Positions 1-9,261 of a DNA stretch of 64,000 nt are shown piece after piece. The position numbers were made by a program, and so were the translations under genes. Origin of the DNA: an uncultured Ruminiclostridium sp. Its GTDB lineage: Bacteria > Bacillota > Clostridia > Oscillospirales > Ruminococcaceae. The stretch's first letter is position 1. Each line of letters starts with the position of its first letter. The notes under the pieces were generated by a model that had not been told where the DNA came from, did no database searches, and saw only the letters and a program-made list of their open reading frames with translations. The DNA is taken from positions 149 to 64,148 of the forward strand of contig CAZKKZ010000004.1 of the NCBI GenBank assembly GCA_964553625.1. The letters are read 5' to 3'.

Positions 1-215
1 AATATACATAAACCTTCTTCATTATTAGGGTAGCTGTCAAAATACCAATATTGATATCCTGCTTTAACAGCAATGTCCTCTGACATTTGCCTATTATGAA
101 CTTCTTGAAGGCATATTACATCCGCTTTTATCTTTCGAATTTCTTCAATTATATAATTAGTTCTATATGGCATTCCATTTTCGGAATTCCATATATTGTA
201 TGTGGCAATTTTCAC
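1..215 (-). CDS. endonuclease/exonuclease/phosphatase (EEP) family protein, N-terminal part; gene runs off the window start
   Basis: My own translation of the minus strand from GTG at 215 (GGAGGAG 9 nt upstream) gives MKIATYNIWNSENGMPYRTNYIIEEIRKIKADVICLQEVHN... This is a typical EEP N-terminus (YNIW ... D.ICLQEV). The ORF is absent from the track because it is truncated by the window edge. It is very AT-rich relative to the rest of the window. Confidence 0.7.
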   Translation of the reverse strand, partial: MKIATYNIWNSENGMPYRTNYIIEEIRKIKADVICLQEVHNRQMSEDIAVKAGYQYWYFDSYPNNEEGLCI

Positions 216-341
216 GCTAAAAATCTCCTCCAACTTCCGATTTGACGACCGGGTTTTAATTTCATCCATTCTCCGGCAGCAATTGCTCCGCGGTAGTAAC
301 GCCGCCCAAATCCGACGCGTCTGTCGGTTTCACAGCACCCG

Positions 342-926
342 CTAAATTTTCGATCCTTCAGATTTTATAAGACGTGTGATCACGAATAAAACGCTTATGA
401 GCGTTCCGAAAATAAAGCCGAACGAATGAGTTATCACAGAAGAAACATTATCGTTTGCGGCAAAAAAGAATATGAGAATAAACATGAGGTCGATTCTATA
501 CCAATGAAAGTTAAATTTTTCCGGAAATCTCAGCCAACATACAAGAGCTGCCGCTATAAGCGCAAATATACCGCCGGAAGCCCCGCAGCCATACATATAG
601 TCAAAGCAAAGAGAAAAAACAATATCTCCCGCAATACAGCCGAAACAAAAAACCGCCGCTGTTTTCAGCTTGCCAAGCCAAGGGTTTACCAAGGAGCCGG
701 CGCAAATGATTGCGAGAACATTCCAAAGCAAATGAAAAAACGAACCATGAAGCAGGGAAGCGGTAAAATATCGGTAGACTTCTCCGTTTAAATGGCCGAT
801 ACTGCATGAACTAAGCGCATAATAAACGGAATCGTTCATACCGGTTATAGCGTACATTATAATGAAAATAACCGACAACGCAAGGCACACCACATTGTTT
901 TTGCTCCATGAAGCAATATTTTTCAT
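342..926 (-). CDS. rhomboid family intramembrane serine protease
   Basis: ORF 342..950 is multi-TM and carries rhomboid motifs: LLHGSFFHLLWN, catalytic GASGG and a downstream His (ITHSFGF). I set the start at Met-9 (926), which gives an ATGA overlap with the upstream stop. 950 is the alternative start. Confidence 0.85.
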   Translation of the reverse strand: MKNIASWSKNNVVCLALSVIFIIMYAITGMNDSVYYALSSCSIGHLNGEVYRYFTASLLHGSFFHLLWNVLAIICAGSLVNPWLGKLKTAAVFCFGCIAGDIVFSLCFDYMYGCGASGGIFALIAAALVCWLRFPEKFNFHWYRIDLMFILIFFFAANDNVSSVITHSFGFIFGTLISVLFVITRLIKSEGSKI

Positions 927-1591
927 ACGGTATTTTCGCCTCCCCACCACATGCGATATACCGCCGTTCTCTCGTCCTGCTGTATATGTTCATAATCGTT
1001 CTCGAAAAGAACGGTCTTTCTCCCGTTTTCATCGACCTGAACGCAGGAGATCGCCGTATTCCCCATTCGACAGGCTTCGCCCGCTCTCTCATAAGGAAAA
1101 CCGTGCAGATACGCCAGCAATGCGCGAAGCGCCGCGCCATGCGAAAAAATTCCGACAACTTTTCCTCGGTTTTCACGGACGATCCGTTCGAAAGTCTTCG
1201 ACATCCGCTCATAAACCTCGGCAGCCGACTCACCCTGCGGAGCGCGAAAATGCCCGAAATCCTTTTGAAAGAGCTCATACTCCCCGGGGAAAAGCGTCCC
1301 GAGCTCATCATACCGTTTCCCGTCCATTAAGCCGAAATGAAGCTCGCACAGATCGTCTTCGATCCGAATCGGGATCGGACGATCGCCGACCGCCGCCTTC
1401 GCGGTTTTCACCGCGCGGATCAGCGGCGAGGAATACGCCGCGTCAAACGGGATCGAACGGCACCGCTCCGCCAGCTTTTCAAGCTGAAGCGCCCCCTTCG
1501 GGCTGACGTCGCAGTCCGTACTTCCCTGAATCGTCCCCATGGCGTTCCCGAGCGCCTCACAATGGCGAATCAGGTAAACCGTCGTTACCAC
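923..1591 (-). CDS. histidine phosphatase family protein (phosphoglycerate mutase-like)
   Basis: 222 aa. N-terminal VYLIRHCEALGN is the RHG catalytic motif of the histidine phosphatase superfamily. Confidence 0.85.
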   Translation of the reverse strand: MVTTVYLIRHCEALGNAMGTIQGSTDCDVSPKGALQLEKLAERCRSIPFDAAYSSPLIRAVKTAKAAVGDRPIPIRIEDDLCELHFGLMDGKRYDELGTLFPGEYELFQKDFGHFRAPQGESAAEVYERMSKTFERIVRENRGKVVGIFSHGAALRALLAYLHGFPYERAGEACRMGNTAISCVQVDENGRKTVLFENDYEHIQQDERTAVYRMWWGGENTV

Positions 1592-2496
1592 GGACGAACC
1601 GCCCCCGTAATTTCCGAGAGGGACGAGAGCCCCTGTTCCTCCATGTATTTTTCCAGACCGTCAATGATCTTCAGCGGCGCGTAAGGATCGGTAAAGATCG
1701 CCGTTCCGACCTGTACCGCCTTCGCGCCCGCCATCATCATCTCCACCGCGTCCTCGGCGGAGGTAATTCCGCCCATGCCGACCACGTCGATTTTGACCGC
1801 GTTCGCGACCTGCCACACCATTCGTACCGCCACGGGAAAAATCGCGGATCCCGAAAATCCGCCGACGTTATTGTAAAGAATCGGACGTTTCGTTTTAATA
1901 TCGATCCGCATTCCGAGCAGCGTATTGATCAGCGAAAGACAGTCAGCGCCCTCCGCCTCGACCGCCCGCGCGATCTCCGTTATATCGGTCACGTTCGGGG
2001 TCAGCTTTACCATGATCGGCTTCTTTGTCGCCGCTCTTACCGCTTTGGTGACCGCCGCGGCGCCCGCGCAGGTCGTTCCCCATGTCGCGCCGCCCTGCTT
2101 TACGTTCGGACAGGAGATGTTCAGCTCCAGCATATCCACGTCCGTGCCGTCGAGCCGTTCGGCAATACTCCGGTAATCCTCCAGAACCGCGCCCGCGATG
2201 TTCGCGATGATCACGTTTCCTTCTTTTTTCAGCCGCGGAAGATGACGCTCGATAAACACCTCGACGCCGGGATTCTGAAGCCCCACCGCGTTCAGCATTC
2301 CGCCTCTCGTCTCCGCGATCCGAGGCGGCGGATTCCCGAGCTTTTCGTTCATAGTTGTACCTTTACATGAAATCCCGCCGAGACGGTTCAGCGGATATAA
2401 CGGCGCATAGTCCTCGCCGAAGCCGTACGTCCCCGAAGCGGCGATCACCGGATTCGGGAAAGTGACGCCCGCGACCTTTACCGATAAATCCTTCAT
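1585..2496 (-). CDS. pyrD: dihydroorotate dehydrogenase (class 1B) catalytic subunit
   Basis: 303 aa. The MKDLSVKVAGVTFPNPVIAASGTYGFG start and overall PyrD-like sequence fit. It lies directly downstream of pyrK with an ATGA overlap. Confidence 0.95.
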   Translation of the reverse strand: MKDLSVKVAGVTFPNPVIAASGTYGFGEDYAPLYPLNRLGGISCKGTTMNEKLGNPPPRIAETRGGMLNAVGLQNPGVEVFIERHLPRLKKEGNVIIANIAGAVLEDYRSIAERLDGTDVDMLELNISCPNVKQGGATWGTTCAGAAAVTKAVRAATKKPIMVKLTPNVTDITEIARAVEAEGADCLSLINTLLGMRIDIKTKRPILYNNVGGFSGSAIFPVAVRMVWQVANAVKIDVVGMGGITSAEDAVEMMMAGAKAVQVGTAIFTDPYAPLKIIDGLEKYMEEQGLSSLSEITGAVRPW

Positions 2497-3266
2497 TCCA
2501 GAATCGCCTCCTCCGCATTAAAAATCGGACCGTCCTTACAAACGCGCAGCAGCTTTTCCTCGCCGCCGCGCATGACCCTGCACACACAGCCCACACACGC
2601 ACCGACGCCGCAGCCCATGCGTTCCTCCAGCGAAAGCTCGCAAAACACACCGTATTCCTTCGCGAGCGCCTGAACCGCCCGCAGCATCGGAAGCGGTCCG
2701 CAGGCAAATACCGCCGCCGCGTCTCTTTTCTCCAGCTCGTCCTTCAGCGGAGAAGCGACTGTCCCATGAAATCCGACGCTTCCGTCGTCCGTGCAAAGGA
2801 TCGTTCCGATTCCGTATTTTTCAAAATCCTCGGTCAGGATCACCCGCCGATAATCGCGGAATCCGAGAATCGCCGCGGCGTTCGGATACGCCTTCGCCGT
2901 TTCCAGCATGGGAGGAACGCCGATCCCGCCGCCGACCGCAATAACGCGCTTTCCGCCCGTTTCCACCGCCGAAAACCCGTTCCCGAGCGGCGCGATGATG
3001 TCCAGCTCCTCACCGACATTCACCTCGGAAAGCTTTTTTGTTCCGCCACCGCGAACCTCGAACACGAGCCGAAGCGTCCCCGCCTCACGGTTGATCTCGC
3101 AAATCGAGATCGGGCGGCGCAGCGTAAACCCCGGAACAAGAATATGAACAAATTGTCCGCATTTCGCAATTGCGGCGATCTCGGGACAAAGCACAACAAA
3201 CGAGTAAATCTCCGCCGCAAGCGATTTTTTTTCGATCAGCCGAACCGGACCGCACTGATAGGACAT
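2493..3266 (-). CDS. pyrK: dihydroorotate dehydrogenase electron transfer subunit
   Basis: FAD/NAD-binding fold plus a C-terminal 2Fe-2S Cys cluster (CGVGACVGCVC). Start chosen at MSYQCGPVRL (3266), preceded by GGGGAG. The track ORF extends to 3326. Confidence 0.9.
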   Translation of the reverse strand: MSYQCGPVRLIEKKSLAAEIYSFVVLCPEIAAIAKCGQFVHILVPGFTLRRPISICEINREAGTLRLVFEVRGGGTKKLSEVNVGEELDIIAPLGNGFSAVETGGKRVIAVGGGIGVPPMLETAKAYPNAAAILGFRDYRRVILTEDFEKYGIGTILCTDDGSVGFHGTVASPLKDELEKRDAAAVFACGPLPMLRAVQALAKEYGVFCELSLEERMGCGVGACVGCVCRVMRGGEEKLLRVCKDGPIFNAEEAILE

Positions 3267-3329
3267 GATTTTCTCCCCTTCTTTTTTCGGGAACGGAAAT
3301 CTGCTCCCGTTTCCCGGACAATACAACCG

Positions 3330-3875
3330 TCAATCCATGGTGATCTGACGTTTTTCTTTTTCCTCTTCCTCCGACCGCGCGCTTTCGCTGATCCCGCGAA
3401 GCCGGATCCAGGTAAACCAGATAATAAGCGCAATGATTCCCGCGTCGCACAAAAGCTGCACCAAATCGAGCGAAAAACGCCGGAGAATCGCGCTCATGTG
3501 CAGATAACAGCCCTCCGAAAGCGCGAGCAGCGTAATCAGCCGAACGCAGGCGATCGCGGTATCGAGCGTGTTGCAGAACTTTACGGCGTTTTTCTCATTG
3601 ACATAAAGGCGCTTCGGCATTTTCCGGGGCAGGAAGATCAGCAGAAGAGAGACGATCCAGACCGCCGCGCCCAAGCCGATCCACAGCAGCAGCGGCTCCC
3701 ACCTCAGAAACGACAGGCTCGTATCGGTGCGGTTCAGCCTGTTCAGCTCCTCAATATCCGCGGCGCAGGTATAGACGATCAGCCCGATATACAGAAGCGC
3801 CGCCGCCGAAAAGAGATCCACCAAAAGCCAGATCAGCGAGTACCGCCGCTTCACCTTCATATTTCCCAATTTCAT
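3330..3875 (-). CDS. hypothetical integral membrane protein embedded in the pyr operon
   Basis: ORF 3330..3884. The first codon at 3884 is TTG and the first ATG is at 3875, with AAGGA about 10 nt upstream. Several hydrophobic helices and an acidic/basic C-terminal tail. I recognise no family. Confidence 0.6.
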   Translation of the reverse strand: MKLGNMKVKRRYSLIWLLVDLFSAAALLYIGLIVYTCAADIEELNRLNRTDTSLSFLRWEPLLLWIGLGAAVWIVSLLLIFLPRKMPKRLYVNEKNAVKFCNTLDTAIACVRLITLLALSEGCYLHMSAILRRFSLDLVQLLCDAGIIALIIWFTWIRLRGISESARSEEEEKEKRQITMD

Positions 3876-3892
3876 ATCAAACAATCCTTATA

Positions 3893-6800
3893 TCATATCG
3901 TCGTAATATCCACCATTTCCACCCTGTCGATCGACTCGTCCATCTCCAGACAGGAAACGAGCGCGTTCGCGGTATCGACCGACGTAAGGCAGGCGATCGA
4001 GCGCTCGACGGATTTCCGGCGAAGCTTTACGCTTTCCCGCGCGGGCTTTCTTCCCGTTTCGGAAGTCGAGATCACGTAATTGATCTTTCCGCTTTCGAGA
4101 AGCGTGATAATATTCGGCTCCTGCCCTTCGTTCACGCGGTAGGTGAAATTTGTGGCGATCATGTTTCGATTAAGCATGGAAGCGGTTCCGCTCGTCGCGT
4201 AGATCTCAAAGCCGAGCTTTTCAAAACGGCTCGCAAGCTCGATAATTTCCGGCTTGTCCTCGTTCCGCACGGAGATCAGCACGCCGCCCTTATCGAACAT
4301 TCGGAATCCCGCCGCGATCAGCCCCTTATAGATCGCCTCATGGAAGGTTCGCGCGATCCCGAGACATTCGCCCGTCGATTTCATTTCGGGCCCGAGCTGC
4401 GTATCCACATCGTGCAGCTTTTCAAAGCTGAACACGGGAACCTTTACCGCGACGTAATCCCCTTCGGGATAAAGTCCGCTTTCAAAGCCCTGCTCCTTTA
4501 AGCTGTGACCGAGCATGATCTTCGTCGCGACGTCCACCATCTGAACGCCCGTCACCTTCGAGATATACGGAACCGTTCTGGAGGAACGCGGATTGACCTC
4601 GATCACATAGACCTCTCCGTTATAAACGACATACTGGATATTCACCAGACCGATGACGTTCAGCGCCTTCGCGAGACGTTCGGTATAGGAAATGATCGTC
4701 CGGCGGGTGCGCTCGGAAAGCGTCTGCGCGGGGTAAACCGAAATACTGTCGCCCGAATGAACGCCCGCGCGCTCGATATGCTCCATAATCCCCGGGATCA
4801 CGAAATCCGTTCCGTCGCAGATCGCGTCCACCTCGACCTCCGTTCCCATTAAATATTTATCGATCAGAACGGGATTTTCCAGCTTCGTCTGCGTGATAAT
4901 GTCCATGTATTCCACTACGTCGCTGTCGCAGTGCGCAATGATCATGTTCTGTCCGCCGAGGACATACGAGGGACGCAGCAGCACGGGATACCCGAGCTTT
5001 TCGGCAATCTGCACCGCCTCTTCGGTCGTGAAAACGGTCTCGCCAGCGGGACGCGGAATCCCGCAGCGCTCCAGAAGCTCGTCGAAAAGCTCCCTGTCCT
5101 CCGCCGCGTCAATGCTTTCCGCGGAGGTACCGAGGATCCGCGCGCCGACCTCCTGCAAATGCTTCGTAAGCTTGATCGCCGTCTGTCCGCCGAACTGAAC
5201 GACAACGCCGTAGGGCTTCTCGGTCGCGAGAAGCGCGTCCACGTCCTCGAAGGTCAGCGGGTCGAAATAAAGACGGTCGCCCGTATCGAAATCGGTGGAA
5301 ACCGTTTCGGGATTGTTGTTGCAGATGATCGCCTCGTAGCCCATTTCCTTCAGCGCCCAGACGCAGTGCACCGAACAGTAATCGAACTCGATCCCCTGCC
5401 CGATCCGGATCGGACCCGATCCGAAAACAATGATCTTCTTTTTACCGCTCGGGTGCTGCTCGATAAACTCGGCAGCCTCGTTTTCCTCGTCAAAGGTGCT
5501 GTAAAAATACGGCGTATCCGCCGAAAATTCCGCCGCGCAGGTATCGACCATTTTATAAACGGCGGTCTTTTTCCGAATCCCGCAGTCCTCCAGCCGCTGT
5601 CCCGAAATATTTTCAATCGTCTTATCGAGATAGCAGTATTTTTTCGCCGTATTGTATTTTTCCTGCGTCAGCGTACCGTCCGCAAGCCATTTTTCCAGTT
5701 CTACGAGATTTTTCAGCTTGCTGATAAACCAGCGGTCAATTATGGTGATCTCATGGATCCGATCGACGGAGATCCCGCGCTTCAGCGCCTCAAACACGCA
5801 GAAAGAACGGTCTACGTCCACATCGTGAAGCTTTTGTTCCACCTCCGCGTCGGAAAGCCTCGTAAAAGCGGGCTTCGTCATGGTGTCCATGCCCAGCTCG
5901 ATCGAGCGAACCGCCTTCATCATCGCCGCCTCGAAGCTCGATCCGATCGCCATGATCTCGCCCGTCGCCTTCATCTGCGTCCCGAGCGTTTTTTTCGCGT
6001 AAACAAATTTATCAAACGGCCATTTCGGGAACTTTACGACCAGATAGTCGATCGCCGGTTCAAAGCAGGCGTACGTTTTTCCCGTGACCTGATTGACGAT
6101 CTCGTCGAGCGAATACCCGATCGCGATCCTTGTCGCGACCTTCGCGATCGGATAGCCGGTCGCCTTGGAGGCGAGCGCGGAGGAACGCGATACGCGCGGA
6201 TTGACCTCGATCACGGCATACTCGAAGGAGGTCGGGTGAAGCGCGAACTGGCAGTTGCAGCCGCCCTCAACCTTCAGCGCCTGAATAATATTGAGCGCCG
6301 CCGTTCGGAGCATCTGATATTCCTTGTCGGAAAGCGTTACCGCGGGCGCGACAACAATGCTGTCGCCCGTATGTACGCCGACGGGATCAAAGTTTTCCAT
6401 GGAGCAGACGGTGATAACGTTTCCCTTCGCGTCACGGATCACCTCGAACTCGATCTCTTTCCAGCCCGAAATGCACTTTTCCACCAGAATCTGCGTGATC
6501 GGCGAAAGCCGAAGTCCGTTCGTCGCGATTTCGTGAAGCTCCGCGGGATCGTTCGCGATCCCGCCGCCCGTTCCGCCGAGCGTAAACGCGGGGCGGACAA
6601 TCACGGGATAAGTGATCTCCTCCGCGAACGAAAGCGCGTCCTCTACCGTTTCCACAACCTTTGAGGGAATGCAGGGCTCGCCGATCTCCTCCATGGTATC
6701 CTTAAACGCCTGACGATCCTCCGCTTTATGGATCGTTTCGGGATTCGCGCCGAGAAGCTTTACGTTATTTTCGGCGAGGAAGCCCTCCTCGGCAAGCTGC

Positions 6801-7099
6801 ATGGAAAGCGTAAGTCCCGTTTGTCCGCCGAGCGTGGAGAGAATACTGTCCGGCTTTTCGATCTTGATAATACGCTTTACACAGTCGAGCGTCAGCGGTT
6901 CAATATAAATTTTATCCGCCATGTGCTTATCCGTCATGATCGTCGCGGGGTTGGAATTCACCAGAACGACCTCAAGTCCCTCCTGCTTCAGCGCGCGGCA
7001 CGCCTGTGTCCCCGCGTAGTCAAACTCGGCGGCTTGTCCGATGACGATCGGACCGGAGCCGATGACGAGTACCTTTTTAATATCGCTTCTTAACGGCAT
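3893..7099 (-). CDS. carB: carbamoyl-phosphate synthase large subunit
   Basis: 1068 aa with duplicated ATP-grasp halves and a canonical CarB N-terminus (KKVLVIGSGPIVIGQAAEFDYAGTQA). Directly follows carA. Confidence 0.97.
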   Translation of the reverse strand: MPLRSDIKKVLVIGSGPIVIGQAAEFDYAGTQACRALKQEGLEVVLVNSNPATIMTDKHMADKIYIEPLTLDCVKRIIKIEKPDSILSTLGGQTGLTLSMQLAEEGFLAENNVKLLGANPETIHKAEDRQAFKDTMEEIGEPCIPSKVVETVEDALSFAEEITYPVIVRPAFTLGGTGGGIANDPAELHEIATNGLRLSPITQILVEKCISGWKEIEFEVIRDAKGNVITVCSMENFDPVGVHTGDSIVVAPAVTLSDKEYQMLRTAALNIIQALKVEGGCNCQFALHPTSFEYAVIEVNPRVSRSSALASKATGYPIAKVATRIAIGYSLDEIVNQVTGKTYACFEPAIDYLVVKFPKWPFDKFVYAKKTLGTQMKATGEIMAIGSSFEAAMMKAVRSIELGMDTMTKPAFTRLSDAEVEQKLHDVDVDRSFCVFEALKRGISVDRIHEITIIDRWFISKLKNLVELEKWLADGTLTQEKYNTAKKYCYLDKTIENISGQRLEDCGIRKKTAVYKMVDTCAAEFSADTPYFYSTFDEENEAAEFIEQHPSGKKKIIVFGSGPIRIGQGIEFDYCSVHCVWALKEMGYEAIICNNNPETVSTDFDTGDRLYFDPLTFEDVDALLATEKPYGVVVQFGGQTAIKLTKHLQEVGARILGTSAESIDAAEDRELFDELLERCGIPRPAGETVFTTEEAVQIAEKLGYPVLLRPSYVLGGQNMIIAHCDSDVVEYMDIITQTKLENPVLIDKYLMGTEVEVDAICDGTDFVIPGIMEHIERAGVHSGDSISVYPAQTLSERTRRTIISYTERLAKALNVIGLVNIQYVVYNGEVYVIEVNPRSSRTVPYISKVTGVQMVDVATKIMLGHSLKEQGFESGLYPEGDYVAVKVPVFSFEKLHDVDTQLGPEMKSTGECLGIARTFHEAIYKGLIAAGFRMFDKGGVLISVRNEDKPEIIELASRFEKLGFEIYATSGTASMLNRNMIATNFTYRVNEGQEPNIITLLESGKINYVISTSETGRKPARESVKLRRKSVERSIACLTSVDTANALVSCLEMDESIDRVEMVDITTI

Positions 7100-8194
7100 T
7101 TACTTACCCTCCATTAACTCAATAAACTCGTCGAACAAATACGCGGTATCCTGCGGACCGCCGCAAGCCTCGGGGTGGAACTGAACCGTAAAGGCGGGCG
7201 CGTTCCGATAGCGTACCCCCTCGCAGGTCTTGTCGTTTCCGTTTACGTGGCTCATCTTCCCCGCCTCGGGCGGGATCGTATCCCCGACGACCGCGTATCC
7301 GTGATTCTGCGAGGTAATGAAGGTGCGCCCGAGCTCAAGATCAGTGACCGGCTGGTTTTCCCCGCGGTGACCGTATTTCAGCTTTACCGTTTTCGCCCCG
7401 TTCGCAAGCGCCAGAAGCTGGTGACCGAGACAGATTCCGAAGGTCGGGATCCGCTCGGGGATCAGACTGCGGAGCGTTTCAATGGATTCGGGATTCTGTT
7501 CGGGATCTCCCGGTCCGTTCGACAGCATGATCCCGTCCGGCGCAAACGCCTTGATCTCCTCGGCGGTCACATTATAAGGGAATACCGTTACGTCGCAGCC
7601 GCGCTTGACCAGCTCCTTTCGGATATTGTGCTTATAGCCGTAGTCGATGAGCGCGACCTTGAACCGCGCGTTTTCGGCGGGATAACGCTCCGCTTTTTGC
7701 ACGCTGACCCGCGGAACAACCTGTCCGACCCGATAAGCCCGAATCTCCTCAAGCGCCTTTTCCTTATCGAAATCCTCCCGATCGGTAATCATGCCGTTCA
7801 TTACGCCGCTTTCCCGAATGATCCTCGTTAAGCGGCGGGTATCAATGTCATAAAGCCCGATGATCCCGTATTTTTTCAGAAAGGCGTCGATCGTCCCCTC
7901 ACAGCGGAAATTCGACGGCGCTTCGCAGTGCTCCCGCACGATATATCCCGATACGACGCTTCCGTTCGACTCGCGGTCGGCGTCATTCGTCCCATAATTT
8001 CCGATCAGGGGAAAGGTCTGCGTTACGAGCTGTCCGCAGTAGCTCGGGTCGGTAAGCGTTTCCTCGTATCCGGTCATTGCCGTCGTAAATACGATTTCGC
8101 CCATTACCGTCCCCGCCGCGCCGAACGATTTTCCCTCAAAAACCGTCCCATCCGCCAAAATCAGAAAAGCCTTCTTATCATTTGCAAAATCCAT
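7100..8194 (-). CDS. carA: carbamoyl-phosphate synthase small (glutamine amidotransferase) subunit
   Basis: GATase active-site GICLGHQ and a CarA-like N-terminal domain. Start set at MDFANDKKAFL (8194), preceded by GGAGG. The track ORF extends to 8221. Confidence 0.95.
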   Translation of the reverse strand: MDFANDKKAFLILADGTVFEGKSFGAAGTVMGEIVFTTAMTGYEETLTDPSYCGQLVTQTFPLIGNYGTNDADRESNGSVVSGYIVREHCEAPSNFRCEGTIDAFLKKYGIIGLYDIDTRRLTRIIRESGVMNGMITDREDFDKEKALEEIRAYRVGQVVPRVSVQKAERYPAENARFKVALIDYGYKHNIRKELVKRGCDVTVFPYNVTAEEIKAFAPDGIMLSNGPGDPEQNPESIETLRSLIPERIPTFGICLGHQLLALANGAKTVKLKYGHRGENQPVTDLELGRTFITSQNHGYAVVGDTIPPEAGKMSHVNGNDKTCEGVRYRNAPAFTVQFHPEACGGPQDTAYLFDEFIELMEGK

Positions 8195-8325
8195 TTGCGT
8201 CCTCCGTAATGATATGTACATATTTCATAAAATTGCCGTTTGTATGCCGCCTTTATGGCAGGCGCAAAGCCCCCGGATTTCTCCGCGGGAAAGCGCCGAT
8301 TTCCGGAAATCCCCCGCCCCGATCC

Positions 8326-9258
8326 TTACGGCAGCCGGATCTCCTTCACGACCGACAGAATGTCATTCTTCATGCGAACCGCCTCGCGGTATGCCGCGCC
8401 CGCGTAATCCCGCTCGGAGCAGCCCTCTTTTTTGTACGCGCACATAATGCCGCGCGAGCTGTTGACGATTCCGCCGAGCCCGTTCGCGTCGAACGCGCCG
8501 GAAAGCTCCGCCGCGCCCGCGCCCTGCGCCCCGTAGCCGGGAATCAGGAAAAACGTGTTCGGAAGCTCCGCGCGAAGCTCGGTAAGCTGTTCGGGATAGG
8601 TCGCACCGACGACGATCCCCGCGCCGCTGTATCCGTATTTGCCCATGAGCGGCTTTCCCCATTCCTCGGTCATTTTTCCCATCTGCTTATAAACGGGAAT
8701 CCCGTCGATCAGGCGATCCTGAAGCTCGCCCGAAGAAGGGTTCGAGGTCTTGGCGAGAATAAAGATTCCCTTATCGTTTTTTTGACAGGCTTCGATCAGC
8801 GGCTTGATCCCGTCCGTCCCGAGATAGCCGTTTACGGTAAGCGCGTCCGCGGGAAAGGGGGAAAACTCATTCCCGCCGACCGTGACCGTTCCGAGGTGGG
8901 CGGACGCGTACGCTTCCATAGTCGCGCCGATGTCGTTGCGCTTCCCGTCCGTGATCACGAACATTCCCTTGCTCTTCGCGTATTCCTGCGTTTTATAAAG
9001 CGCCTTCATGCCCGGAACGCCGTACATCTCATAATAAGCCGCCTGCGGCTTTACGGCGGGAACAATCCCGCAAAGCGCGTCGATCAGCCCCTTATTGAAT
9101 TCGAGGATCGCCTTCGCCGCTCCCTTCAGCGTCTCGCCGTGCTTCCCGAAGGCTTTTTCCCGGATATAAGCGGGAACGTATTCAAGCCTCGGATCCAGCC
9201 CCGCGACCGTCGGATTCTGTGTTCTGACGATGTTTTCGATCAGTCTGTCAAATGACAT
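8326..9258 (-). CDS. pyrF: orotidine-5'-phosphate decarboxylase (long, type 2)
   Basis: 310 aa. PyrF type-2-like sequence (GLDPRLEY..., ...DGKRNDIGATM...) in a pyr operon context. Confidence 0.9.
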   Translation of the reverse strand: MSFDRLIENIVRTQNPTVAGLDPRLEYVPAYIREKAFGKHGETLKGAAKAILEFNKGLIDALCGIVPAVKPQAAYYEMYGVPGMKALYKTQEYAKSKGMFVITDGKRNDIGATMEAYASAHLGTVTVGGNEFSPFPADALTVNGYLGTDGIKPLIEACQKNDKGIFILAKTSNPSSGELQDRLIDGIPVYKQMGKMTEEWGKPLMGKYGYSGAGIVVGATYPEQLTELRAELPNTFFLIPGYGAQGAGAAELSGAFDANGLGGIVNSSRGIMCAYKKEGCSERDYAGAAYREAVRMKNDILSVVKEIRLP

Positions 9259-9261
9259 AAG

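Noticed and set aside
2766-6664. Long plus-strand ORFs (2766..4079, 437 aa; 4931..6664, 577 aa) antisense to pyrK, the membrane ORF and carB.
   Set aside because: They are Arg/Pro/Gly-rich, low-complexity translations that lie entirely opposite confidently identified genes. This is the usual artefact of stop-codon depletion in GC-rich DNA. They have no RBS and no recognisable motifs.
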